Shown here: one piece after another, positions 8,302-17,641 of the stretch
Layout: each line of letters begins with the position of its first letter
Numbering within the stretch: the stretch's first letter is position 1
DNA from: a virus
Lineage: Duplodnaviria > Caudoviricetes
Virus record (IMG/VR): IMGVR_UViG_3300015360_000002
Location: 796 to 64,795 of that record
Direction: 5' to 3' (one strand)
Length of the DNA stretch: 64,000 nucleotides
Program-made: the position numbers and the translations under genes
The notes under the pieces: model-generated
What the model was told of the DNA's origin: nothing
What the model saw: the letters and a program-made list of their open reading frames with translations, nothing else
Database searches by the model: none

Positions 8302-11300
8302 ATGAGCAGCAAAATCGAACTCATCGGGCGCCCGGCGATCGTGGACACGTTCCACGGTCTGAGGCAGATCACGCGACGTTGGAAGGTAAAGGGGATCGGC
8401 TCCATCGCGGCGGAGATCGAGACGGAAGTGTTCATCCCGTACGCGACCGCGGACGTGGAATATCCCCTCGCCCTTTTGACGGCGCAAAAGATCGAGCCGA
8501 TTTCCAATGACCAAAGCGCTGAGTCGGTCGAGCTCGTCCGGACGTACACCGAATTCGAGGATAACACGCTGGTAAATATCGGCGGGAACAAGCTCACGTA
8601 CCTGGAGGACGATCGCACGGTTCTGGAATCAACGTTTGTCTGTCTTGCTGAGGACGCTGAATCCCTTGCACCAACGATCGGTTCCGTAGATTCCGGGCGG
8701 GCAGTATCGAACGTGCAAATTCAGTACGAGGGCGTTGGCGCGCGCGTCGTCGTCACCCGCATTTCTGCGGGGCAACTCTCCGTGTCGGTTCAAGAAAACC
8801 ACAACGGAAAGCTCGTTTTCATTACTCAGCGGTGGTTCAACCAATTGCCGGACACCCCGGTGGGCTATGTGCTTGTCGACCACGCAACAGAGAACAACGA
8901 GGGCGTTCCGACGTACACGTACCGTTGGGCAAAGGGCGACGGCGAAATCTCCCGTACGACCGTCACGAGAAACAACGGCAAGCTCGCGATCGTCAGCGTT
9001 CGCCACCTCACCGGCCCAGACATTGCCGTCAATCCGATCGACCTGCCTGACATCGGCTACCTTCTGACCGAGACGGGAATGACCGAGGCCGACGGCCACC
9101 GGGTCTGGACCGCAACCTACGCATTCGGAGAAGGACGCACGAGCCTTCGCACGGAGTACCGGCACAACGGAAAACTCATTATTCGGACCGTTCGCTGGTT
9201 GAACGCGGACGATGGCGTCACCCCGGTTGGCGTGCTCATCGAGGAAGGGGTCGAAGAGGGAGAGGGATACACCGCAGGATTCGAGGTCTATGCTGAGGGC
9301 GACGGCGAAATTTCGCGCACAACGGACACGAGGAACAACGGGAAGCTGACGGTCGTTCGGATCCGACATATCAGCGCGCCCGACGTTGCCGCCAATCCGA
9401 TTGCCTCACCTGGCAATGGTTACGCACTCACTGACAGCGGTCTGAGCGAAGAGTCCGGCTATCGGCTATGGTCTGCCAGTTACGCGCTCGGCTCAGGCCG
9501 GATTTCCCTGCGCAGCGACGAAAAACACAACGGCGCCCTCACGATCGCCACCGTCCGTTACATGACCGTGGACGACGGCTCGTTGCCAGCGGGGACGCTT
9601 GTGGACACTTCCACGGAAGAGGCCGATGGCTATGTCATGGTCTCAAAGACCTACGCCTACGGCACGGGGGAAATCTCGCGATCCACCGAGACGAAAAACA
9701 GTGGAAAGATTACGGTCATTCAGATTCGGCATCTCTCCACGAACGCTGTCAGCGTCAACCCGATCGCGAGTCCTGGAGGTCTTTACTCGCTGGTCGAGAC
9801 GGCGAAGACCGAGGCCGACGGCTACCGGGTCTGGACTGCAACCTACGCGACGGGCTCGGGACGGATCAGTTCGCGCACTGAAATCAAACATAACGGTGCG
9901 CTGAACATCATCACGATCCGCTACCTCGGGGCCGAACGCGAAGGCACACCCACGGGAGTCCTGACAGACAGCTCAGTGGAGAAGGGTAATGGCTATGACA
10001 TCACGTCGGAAACCTACGCATCAGGCGACGGCGAAATTTCGCGAGACGTTGAGACGAAGAACAACGGTAAGCTCATCCTCACGAGAGTCCGACACCTGAC
10101 GGCCCCGGCGACGACAACGAGCCCAATTGTTGCGCCAGGCTCCTCGATTCTGACCGACACATCCATGCAGGAGGCAGACGGCTACCGGATTTGGAGCGAT
10201 TCGTTTGCCGAAGGCGATGGCCGGATCTCTCTAAAGACGGACACCCGAAACAACGGAGCACTCATCATCCGCACGGTTCGTTTCCTGGGAACGGACGACG
10301 GCACCACTCCAGTCGGAACGCTCGTCGACACCTCTACCGAGCAGTCAAACGGTTACATTCTAATCGTCCAATCCTATGCGCAGGGGTCAGGCACGATCTC
10401 CACGAAAATCGACACGCGCAACAATGGGCAGCTCCTTATTCAGACCGTCCGCCGCCTCGGCACTGCGCCAGCGACCCCAAGCGGGTACATCGTTGTTTCA
10501 ACGCATGTGGAAGAATCTGATGGCTACCAGATTTTCACCTACCAGTACGGGAAGGGAGATGGAATCATATCCAGTTCCACATCGCGCTCGCACAACGATA
10601 AACTAATCAGCTACCGCACCGTGAAGTTGTCGCCTGCGGGAAACGCGATACCGCCCACGACACCAAGCAGCACAATCGCAGGGGTGGTCACGCTAGTCGA
10701 CTCGGAGCAGCGTGAGGAAGAGGGACACGTCCTTTACGCCTACCGCTGGATTGAAGGGAAAGGTCTCATCGGTGAGACGGTTCGCTCGCGAGAGGATGGT
10801 CTCCGTACCCAGACCTACGTTTCGCTGGGTACCAAAGAATCGCCCGCAGGCGTTGTAGTCCAAGATGAAGTCGACCAAATTGATGGATGTCCGAGGTACA
10901 CTGTTACGTCCATGCAGAACAAAACTGGTGGAAGTCCAACCATCGGCTCATTCGCTTTTCAGCGATACCACCCATTCACCTACCCAGGCAGGATAAAGGC
11001 GTATTCGCGCACCATTGCAGGTTCAGGTCGAAAGCTCGCAGGCGTATTCCTTTCACCGCCCGTCGAAACCGAAGTCCTCAGCAGCTACACGGTCAGCTAC
11101 ACTTCGACACCAACGCTCTCCGTAGCGAATATGTGGCAACCAAAAGAGGCCGCGACGGTTTTGGCTCAATTCATCGGGAATGGAGGCCGGCCTATTGATC
11201 GGGTCCAAGCGTTCCGAGGCTACCGCTCAGTATCAAATGTGGCTGTAACGATCGCGGCACCGACCTTTCCGGCACCAGACAATCCAGGCGGCACTATTTT

Positions 11301-11490
11301 TGGCGACAATGTTTTCGGCGGGACAACGGGACTCGTGCAGGCAACTGGAGGTCCATCAAACCCGGACAACCAGACCTACACGCTGGATGCGAGGCTCGAA
11401 CCAGCATTCGTATCGACCGATGGCACGATTTATTACCGCAAAATCATCGTTACTGCGACAGTTCCCGCTCAACCCGCATTGTCTTACTAA
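8302..11490 (+). CDS. Large beta-repeat virion protein
   Basis: Tandem ~121-aa units starting near 8935, 9298, 9661, 10024 and 10384, each made of two G.G.IS...NG.L.I..R sub-repeats. Confidence 0.7.
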   Translation: MSSKIELIGRPAIVDTFHGLRQITRRWKVKGIGSIAAEIETEVFIPYATADVEYPLALLTAQKIEPISNDQSAESVELVRTYTEFEDNTLVNIGGNKLTYLEDDRTVLESTFVCLAEDAESLAPTIGSVDSGRAVSNVQIQYEGVGARVVVTRISAGQLSVSVQENHNGKLVFITQRWFNQLPDTPVGYVLVDHATENNEGVPTYTYRWAKGDGEISRTTVTRNNGKLAIVSVRHLTGPDIAVNPIDLPDIGYLLTETGMTEADGHRVWTATYAFGEGRTSLRTEYRHNGKLIIRTVRWLNADDGVTPVGVLIEEGVEEGEGYTAGFEVYAEGDGEISRTTDTRNNGKLTVVRIRHISAPDVAANPIASPGNGYALTDSGLSEESGYRLWSASYALGSGRISLRSDEKHNGALTIATVRYMTVDDGSLPAGTLVDTSTEEADGYVMVSKTYAYGTGEISRSTETKNSGKITVIQIRHLSTNAVSVNPIASPGGLYSLVETAKTEADGYRVWTATYATGSGRISSRTEIKHNGALNIITIRYLGAEREGTPTGVLTDSSVEKGNGYDITSETYASGDGEISRDVETKNNGKLILTRVRHLTAPATTTSPIVAPGSSILTDTSMQEADGYRIWSDSFAEGDGRISLKTDTRNNGALIIRTVRFLGTDDGTTPVGTLVDTSTEQSNGYILIVQSYAQGSGTISTKIDTRNNGQLLIQTVRRLGTAPATPSGYIVVSTHVEESDGYQIFTYQYGKGDGIISSSTSRSHNDKLISYRTVKLSPAGNAIPPTTPSSTIAGVVTLVDSEQREEEGHVLYAYRWIEGKGLIGETVRSREDGLRTQTYVSLGTKESPAGVVVQDEVDQIDGCPRYTVTSMQNKTGGSPTIGSFAFQRYHPFTYPGRIKAYSRTIAGSGRKLAGVFLSPPVETEVLSSYTVSYTSTPTLSVANMWQPKEAATVLAQFIGNGGRPIDRVQAFRGYRSVSNVAVTIAAPTFPAPDNPGGTIFGDNVFGGTTGLVQATGGPSNPDNQTYTLDARLEPAFVSTDGTIYYRKIIVTATVPAQPALSY

Positions 11491-11491
11491 A

Positions 11492-11794
11492 ATGGACTCC
11501 TGGGATCTGTCCGAACCACGCATCAAGACGGGTAAACGCCCAAGCCGAGAAGGCGCGCCTTTCACTGACGTTCACGAGGGCAAGGACGAGCTCAACTTTG
11601 ACGAGCAATCGCTCAAAAATAAGCTGGAGCGTTTGCTCGAACAGATCAATGGCGGCGACAACTTCACGAACGACACCCTTATCAACACTCCGGGTAACAA
11701 ATCGGTGATTGAACGGCTGACCGAGCTTGAGGATCGGATCGGAAATATGTCGGCGGAATGTAACGCCGATGGCACCATCACCATAACGATATAG
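11492..11794 (+). CDS. Hypothetical tail-region protein
   Basis: Short coiled-coil ORF tightly packed between tail genes. Confidence 0.6.
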   Translation: MDSWDLSEPRIKTGKRPSREGAPFTDVHEGKDELNFDEQSLKNKLERLLEQINGGDNFTNDTLINTPGNKSVIERLTELEDRIGNMSAECNADGTITITI

Positions 11795-11796
11795 CT

Positions 11797-13191
11797 ATGC
11801 CTCTTCAGGACACACCCATTACATTGACGGTACCATGTCCGTCTTGCTGCGGTGAAAAATGCACCAAGCTCGAATGTCGCTCTCGCGGAGGAAACGTCAA
11901 GCTGTGCGGCTTTGAAGAGTTTGGAGAAGCCAGTTCACCGCCCCGCTTCTACTTAGAAAAGGTGATTGGTGGATCCCTCGTCATTTGCGATTATCATTCA
12001 GTTACCCCAAACGTCGCCTGCGAAGACGATGACTGCGTGAGTCCGGTGGGGTGGTCGATCGAAATAAACTCGGCGTGGAATTGTTCCGGGCCTCCGGGCT
12101 GTACAGGCACGAATCTTGGGGCCGTATCCAAAATCGAAGTGACCGATTCCTATCCTACGCCCGGAAACCCTGGGCAGGTAACGCTGGAATTTTCCGCTTA
12201 TTCAGGCATAACCCCATCGTGCTCGACGGTTCCTTGGAGTTGGATTGGTTATATTAATGGATTAATATTTATCGGATCGTACTCCGGCGCCGGGTCGGTG
12301 ACCGCAAAAATCTCAAGTTTTGACGGAAACGAACTTGGCGTACTTTTCATTATAGACGCCAATTGCTCGCCTGCGCCGGGTCTCTGCACGGGGACCGTTT
12401 GTACCGGTGACGGCGGTTCGGACTGCATTTCTGAATGCCTAAAAGATGGCACGCGACATCAGGCTGGTTTCTCCGGGATGCAATGGTGCGTTCCGAGAAA
12501 GACGTCGACACGCTATGCGTATTCCGGATCGACCGCTTTCGATCCCGCAATTGATTGCGACGTTGTGGCGACCGACACGCTGACGCGCGATAGCATCGAC
12601 CAACCAAAAGGATGCAATCCGAAGCCGTCCGGCGGATTTATCCAGGCGACAACCACTGCGTTTGAGCCAACTCTTTCAGCGTACGTCCAAGATTCAGCCA
12701 TGAATTCGGGATCTTTTCGCGGCCAGGAGGCAAAGAGCGTTTGCACGAATGACCGCCGAGCGACCTCATGTGACAGGTACGAATCGCTGCAAGCAGAAGA
12801 CACCGACGAGGACGCGATCGTTCGGCTTTTAGATAGCCCATCTGGCGCGTGGTCTGGGTGGCAAATCGTCGACGACGGCGAAGGGGTGACGTGCGAAAAC
12901 CCGCCTTGCTGTCAGGCTGCATGGGAAATTCGTGAGGATCGGCAGTTCGAGTACAAGGAAGCGGAATGGCGCGCGTCGATCGAGGGGCTCACGCCAGGAG
13001 CGAGTGTCACGATCAAGATTTCAGTCTTTCGGAGAGCATATGGAACGATACCATACTCCATTCTTCAGGTTGAAGAATACGTCGTTTCGGCGGACGGTGG
13101 AGGCGTCGCCCAAGCCACGGGCACCACGCTGAACGATGAAGGTTTTCAGACCTACGTGACATGCACTTACTCTGAACCACTGCCGCCATGA
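11797..13191 (+). CDS. Cysteine-rich virion protein
   Basis: 26 Cys counted in 464 aa, N-terminal CPSCC, no signal peptide. Confidence 0.7.
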   Translation: MPLQDTPITLTVPCPSCCGEKCTKLECRSRGGNVKLCGFEEFGEASSPPRFYLEKVIGGSLVICDYHSVTPNVACEDDDCVSPVGWSIEINSAWNCSGPPGCTGTNLGAVSKIEVTDSYPTPGNPGQVTLEFSAYSGITPSCSTVPWSWIGYINGLIFIGSYSGAGSVTAKISSFDGNELGVLFIIDANCSPAPGLCTGTVCTGDGGSDCISECLKDGTRHQAGFSGMQWCVPRKTSTRYAYSGSTAFDPAIDCDVVATDTLTRDSIDQPKGCNPKPSGGFIQATTTAFEPTLSAYVQDSAMNSGSFRGQEAKSVCTNDRRATSCDRYESLQAEDTDEDAIVRLLDSPSGAWSGWQIVDDGEGVTCENPPCCQAAWEIREDRQFEYKEAEWRASIEGLTPGASVTIKISVFRRAYGTIPYSILQVEEYVVSADGGGVAQATGTTLNDEGFQTYVTCTYSEPLPP

Positions 13192-13592
13192 CCAAATCGA
13201 CACCGACCCGCATCACCGTCCATCGGCCTGAGCTTCTTGGTACTCCACGGGTAAAGCGCGACAAGCAGGCGCCCGTGGCTCCAGTCGTGGCTGCGCACCC
13301 CCCCGGCATGATTGGCATGGCGAAGACCATGCTATCATCCGGCGCGCGCTGGATTGCTGCGGGCCGACCAATGACCTCAGAAGCGGGGCTCCGATTGAGG
13401 AAGGACAAATGCGGTCAATGCCACTACTGGAATCCAGCCGGCTGGTTTGGGCGAGGCCGCTGCACAATTTGCGGGTGTTCCGGCCTAAAACTCGCATGGG
13501 CAACTGAGCGTTGCCCCAAAAAACCGCCTGAGCTGCCAGAGTGGATAGAGGAAACGCAACCGCCCGCCGACAGCGTTGATCCGCAAATCTGA
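13188..13592 (+). CDS. Small Cys-motif protein (DUF6171-like)
   Basis: R.DKCGQC...RCTICGC..LK......CP...W pattern. ATGA-coupled to the Cys-rich gene. Confidence 0.6.
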   Translation: MTKSTPTRITVHRPELLGTPRVKRDKQAPVAPVVAAHPPGMIGMAKTMLSSGARWIAAGRPMTSEAGLRLRKDKCGQCHYWNPAGWFGRGRCTICGCSGLKLAWATERCPKKPPELPEWIEETQPPADSVDPQI

Positions 13593-14877
13593 GGGGGTGG
13601 AGTATTTCCAAATCCGCAATTTCCGGCCAATCGAGACCAAAGAGGACGGCACCGACCAAGACCGGTCTGTGCTGCGCTTGTGCGAGGGCTTGGTGCCAGT
13701 CCCTCAAGGCGCTCTCTCGGCAGGCCCCTTGTGGAAAGTTCTCTGGGGCCAGGACAACCTCATATCCGCTGCGGCGACCCTCCTGTCCGCGGCAAATCAG
13801 GACAACGCGCATATATTGAAGCTCCAGAAGGGCGACCGTACATTCCTCATTGTCTGGTCGATTCCACTGGAAAGGGCACTGGGGTTCTTCGAGGTAGTCG
13901 CAGCACCAACGGAGTCCGACCTCGATGGAATCTCTGACGTCAGTCTGACGGCGCCGAGCGATGCGCCATGGCGCGACGTGGACGCAACGGCTCTTTGGTT
14001 CGCATCCCTCATCGGCAACCGGTGGTTTCTCGGGAACGGCGTGAACCAGAATCTCGTCTGGTCTGCGGGGACTTTGGAGGTCCTGGGCCCCGGGAGCTTG
14101 ACGAGCGACCCGTACAACCTCTCAAGGGAGCGGATCCCGCCATGCACTTGCTTCCGGATGCACGTCATTCGGTCGGTTTTTGCCACCGGCAACACTACCC
14201 ACCCTCTGCGCGTCTGGATCACGTCAAAGCCGAATGCCACCTACCCGATCTTCGATGGCGTCCAGTCGTTGGATACTTCGTGGATCGACATTCACGCGAG
14301 TAAGGCAGCAACCAAGACCGTCGCATTGTCGGTCTACCAGCAGTACGTCACGGTGCATACCGACCGGGGCCCGGTGAACGTCTACGGCGTTGACAACACC
14401 GCTGACGGGTGGAAGTGCGAGCAGGCCCCCAGCCCGGCGAACGCCAGCGCGATCAACCCCTCGTGCGTCGGCGACACCGAGGGCGATGCCTCATTCTACC
14501 TCGGGCGAGACTTGGAGGTTTACATGGACCAGGCCGTCCGCGTTGGACCCTACGAGAAAAAAAGCGGCCGCGCGCAGGAGATCGCCACCGAGCAGGGCGC
14601 GGACGTCTGGAACCGCGAAATGCAGCGGAACTTGGCCACCTACGGGTATCACACGCTGTACGACCGGAATACGCGCCTGTTTTGGGTCTTTGCCCGATCC
14701 ATCTACGCGGGTCGCTCCATGTTGTGGCTTTTGAACGAGCGCACGAGGACATGCTCGGGACCAATTCACTACCCAGATGCAGTGGTCTCGACCGCGCTCG
14801 CCGCGCTCAACCTCCCGCACACGCGTCGCGGCGGCATCGGGTTCATGCAAATCGGAAATTCTTTTGGCGTCGGTTAA
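13576..14877 (+). CDS. Tail nozzle / DNA-stabilisation protein (P22 gp10-like), N-terminal part
   Basis: Beta-propeller-like alternating strands, podovirus tail position. Alternative GTG start at 13597. Confidence 0.5.
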   Translation: MIRKSEGVEYFQIRNFRPIETKEDGTDQDRSVLRLCEGLVPVPQGALSAGPLWKVLWGQDNLISAAATLLSAANQDNAHILKLQKGDRTFLIVWSIPLERALGFFEVVAAPTESDLDGISDVSLTAPSDAPWRDVDATALWFASLIGNRWFLGNGVNQNLVWSAGTLEVLGPGSLTSDPYNLSRERIPPCTCFRMHVIRSVFATGNTTHPLRVWITSKPNATYPIFDGVQSLDTSWIDIHASKAATKTVALSVYQQYVTVHTDRGPVNVYGVDNTADGWKCEQAPSPANASAINPSCVGDTEGDASFYLGRDLEVYMDQAVRVGPYEKKSGRAQEIATEQGADVWNREMQRNLATYGYHTLYDRNTRLFWVFARSIYAGRSMLWLLNERTRTCSGPIHYPDAVVSTALAALNLPHTRRGGIGFMQIGNSFGVG

Positions 14878-14895
14878 CGACAACTCCATTCGACG

Positions 14896-15150
14896 ATGTC
14901 TATTCGCTCAAGAAATGTCCTGAAGGCATGGTTCGAGAACGGTGACTTTCCAACCGGAACGCAATTTGCCGACTGGATCGACTCGTTCTTCCACAAAAGC
15001 GAAGATGTTGCCGCCGTGCTCGCATGGACAACAGTTCCAGCTTCCTCAAGCGCGGCCGGCACAGCCGGCCAGATTTCGTACGACGCGGATTATTTCTACC
15101 TCTGCGTCGCAACCAACTCCTGGAAACGCGTGCCTATCGCAGACTGGTAA
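14896..15150 (+). CDS. Small fibre-like protein
   Basis: LKAWFENGDFPT..QFADWIDSF and PASSSAAGTAGQISYD.DYFYLCVATN.WKR are recurring phage fibre modules. Confidence 0.65.
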   Translation: MSIRSRNVLKAWFENGDFPTGTQFADWIDSFFHKSEDVAAVLAWTTVPASSSAAGTAGQISYDADYFYLCVATNSWKRVPIADW

Positions 15151-15155
15151 ACCAC

Positions 15156-15764
15156 ATGATCGCAGCCGTCATCACTCGCACCGGAGAAATCCTCTACTCG
15201 GCCCTGAACCACGTCGCGGAGCAGGAGGCTGGCGACATCGAGCCTCAAGGCACCGCCCTTGGCACCGACTATGAGGCTTTTGGTACGCCACCAACCCCGA
15301 CCGCTGGCATACCGATCGTGGGTATCTCAGCGGACCATCTCGCGTGGATCGAGAAACTTGGCGCGAACTACATCGGGTTCACCAATCCATTCGACCACCC
15401 CGTCAATATAGATCCGGACGCGGTGACGGTTGCGGAGTGGTACAAAGACGCCCATATCGCACGCATCGAGATCCCATGGCAGGATTTTTCGGACGGCGGC
15501 CGCCACAAAGAATTCTTCGAGCTGGTCCTTACCTTCCAGCGCGATACCCGCCTTTACCTGGGCGTCTATGCTGAAACCCAGCCGCGTGGAATCCGTCGGT
15601 TCGCGTGGAAGGGACTGGTGTTCGATCCCCAGTTGCCGGTTCGCGTGCCACTGCGCCTGGCCGGCACACATCTGCGTCTTCGCCTTGTCATGGTGGTGTT
15701 CAACCAAGGACGGGCAATGCTGAAAGACTTGCGGATCGGGTGGAACCCAGGCGGCACGAGCTAG
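15156..15764 (+). CDS. Tail nozzle-like protein, C-terminal part
   Basis: Ends in a beta-sandwich pattern (HKEFFEL.L.F...GTHLRLRL) typical of gp10/tail-tubular-B C-termini. Confidence 0.45.
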   Translation: MIAAVITRTGEILYSALNHVAEQEAGDIEPQGTALGTDYEAFGTPPTPTAGIPIVGISADHLAWIEKLGANYIGFTNPFDHPVNIDPDAVTVAEWYKDAHIARIEIPWQDFSDGGRHKEFFELVLTFQRDTRLYLGVYAETQPRGIRRFAWKGLVFDPQLPVRVPLRLAGTHLRLRLVMVVFNQGRAMLKDLRIGWNPGGTS

Positions 15765-17050
15765 GAGTTGATGGCCTGAGCGGGAGGCAGGCGCCAGAAC
15801 GGGATCAGACGGTCAGACATCTGATTGTCGCCATAGTGCGTCTGCGTTACCTTCGGATCCGAATGTCCGGCCTGTTGCGCCGCGGCGAGTAGCCCCTCCA
15901 TCTTTGCCTTCGAGCTCACCCAACACTTCCGGAGCTCATGAATCGGCTTCTGAATCCGGGCGCCCTCTGGCAACCGCGCGCGAAGCCACGTCGTCAGGTC
16001 CTCCTGCGCGGCGTCCGCCTTTTGGAGCGGCCCGAGCTCCAGCAAGAGATCGTACACCCATCGGGTAAGCGCCACGCGACGCCCCTTCCCGTGCTTGGGA
16101 TTGAACTCTCCCCTCACCCGCACGTAGATCATGGGTCGGTCCTCGTCCCGCAGCCAATCCAAGCCGAACGCCTTCGCTTCGGCGGCTCGGAGGCCGCAGT
16201 GCATACTCAGAATGAACGCCCTGTAGGCGTCCACGTTCTCGTCTCGCAGAGACATGGACTCCCGCATGATCGTGGTGATGACTTCGGGCGGGAGGAGCTC
16301 GAAGAACCTCCGTGCGTTGTAGGAGGGCTCGGACAGGAAGCTCGACAGTTCCGGCAACTTCATCCCGACTTGGGCGAAATACTGGAGCGCGCGCTTGGAG
16401 AACACCGCTCGGGCGTTCAGGAGTGTGGAGTCGCACGAGATCCGAGCAGAGATGACCTCCTCCTCGTCTGCTTCTTCCAGGGACGGCACCGAGGCCAACT
16501 TGTAGTCCTGCACCAGCCGCGCCGTCAGGATGTCCGTGGACAGCTTCAGCCATGGCGAGAAGTCGATATGGTGCATCCCCATGAACGGCACCCATTCCTT
16601 CCCGTCCCGGTACATCTGAACGCGTCGAAGTACCTTCAGGACGTTCGACCTGTAGCCTTTGAACGTGCCGTCAGAAACGGGCGCCCCGCGCCGTCCAATG
16701 ATCCCCAGAGCCTTCTCGAACGCATCGAGGCATTCCCCTACCGTCGCCGTCCCGCGGGCCTCCTGACGTGGGTTATACTTGGCGACGGCCTGAGCCATGG
16801 TGTTCTGGGGGATGGACAGGAACGCCGCTATCTCGTCGGCCAGCTTCTCGGCAGACTTCTGATTCGTTCCGAGGCGGAACGCTTGTGTCTCCTTCGAGAC
16901 CGTTTTCCGCACGACCCAGGGTTCGGCATACCGGACCACGCCATCGGTCGCGACGTAGGGGACGCGGACAACTTTGACGCCGTAGGTTCTGGAACGGAAT
17001 TCGATGAGCGTCCCGTCTGGGAGCCTCTTTTCAGAGTCGGCTTTGGGCAT
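15761..17050 (-). CDS. int: Tyrosine integrase
   Basis: Catalytic set GLRAAEA (R), PKHG (K), IHELRK (HxxR), AGHSD (H), THY (Y). Adjacent to attP. Likely ATG at 17050. Confidence 0.9.
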   Translation of the reverse strand: MPKADSEKRLPDGTLIEFRSRTYGVKVVRVPYVATDGVVRYAEPWVVRKTVSKETQAFRLGTNQKSAEKLADEIAAFLSIPQNTMAQAVAKYNPRQEARGTATVGECLDAFEKALGIIGRRGAPVSDGTFKGYRSNVLKVLRRVQMYRDGKEWVPFMGMHHIDFSPWLKLSTDILTARLVQDYKLASVPSLEEADEEEVISARISCDSTLLNARAVFSKRALQYFAQVGMKLPELSSFLSEPSYNARRFFELLPPEVITTIMRESMSLRDENVDAYRAFILSMHCGLRAAEAKAFGLDWLRDEDRPMIYVRVRGEFNPKHGKGRRVALTRWVYDLLLELGPLQKADAAQEDLTTWLRARLPEGARIQKPIHELRKCWVSSKAKMEGLLAAAQQAGHSDPKVTQTHYGDNQMSDRLIPFWRLPPAQAINS

Positions 17051-17075
17051 GGGGAGGAGGAATTTCGGGCTGTCA

Positions 17076-17120
17076 AACTGTACAATTCGACTTTTTGCCA
17101 ACTGTACAAGAACTATGCAA
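17076..17120 (+). repeat. Integrase arm-type sites, left of core
   Basis: AACTGTACAA at 17076 and 17100, AACTATGCAA at 17111. Confidence 0.7.
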
Positions 17121-17215
17121 CCCAAAAGGGCGATATGATGCGATATACCGCGCCACATCAGGCTCAACCAGAGGGAAATGTACGTTATAGCGAACTATGC
17201 CGACAGGAAAAGCAG

Positions 17216-17262
17216 GATTGTGAATCTGGGGGCCGCGGGTTCAAATCCCGTTGACCGCCCCA
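17216..17262 (+). other. attP core: 3' half of tRNA-His(GTG)
   Basis: GA-TTGTGAA-TCTGG anticodon loop and 3' stem, GCGGG-TTCAAAT-CCCGT T-arm, acceptor strand TGACCGC, C discriminator, CCA. No 5' half upstream. Confidence 0.9.
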
Positions 17263-17331
17263 TTTTTATTCACTACGAAAAGAACGAGTTACCTGATACT
17301 TCCTGGTCTTTTCTGGCGGAGCCTAAAAATC

Positions 17332-17352
17332 GACTGTACAAGGATTGCGCAA
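17332..17352 (+). repeat. Integrase arm-type tandem site, right of core
   Basis: GACTGTACAAGGATTGCGCAA, same tandem layout as 17100-17120. Confidence 0.7.
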
Positions 17353-17639
17353 TGGAAAATGGCGCTATTCCCCAACCGGCCGCGAGTTTATCAGTGGCAG
17401 ACGAAATCCGCCGAAGCGGGCCGGCGTTCATCAAGGCAGCAACAGAGGCTTTTGCGAAACGGTTTGCCATCGAGTACCACCGACTCAGGGGCTACTCGTT
17501 GGAACAGCAAAACTCAGAGATGGATCTGACGCTCGTTGTCCGCTGCAATTTCGCCCCACAGAACCGTTCGGTCACGATTGAAGCGACGCCCAAGGTGAAC
17601 CCCAGGGCAGGCGTAACCACAGTCAAGGTATCAGTCTGA
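17352..17639 (+). CDS. Hypothetical protein
   Basis: ATG immediately after the right arm site, coupled to the next gene. Confidence 0.55.
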   Translation: MENGAIPQPAASLSVADEIRRSGPAFIKAATEAFAKRFAIEYHRLRGYSLEQQNSEMDLTLVVRCNFAPQNRSVTIEATPKVNPRAGVTTVKVSV

Positions 17640-17641
17640 TA

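Noticed and set aside
8302-11490. Diversity-generating retroelement or invertible tail cassette
   Set aside because: No reverse transcriptase or serine invertase seen. Repeats differ at synonymous sites, not specifically at adenines.
15938-17254. 438-aa ORF antisense to the integrase, and similar long antisense ORFs (57768-59696, 45146-46159, 48830-49756)
   Set aside because: Shadow ORFs expected from GC-rich codon bias. No recognisable motifs.
17190-17262. Complete phage tRNA-His gene
   Set aside because: No 5' acceptor strand or D-arm, and the 5' anticodon stem does not pair fully. It is an attP fragment.
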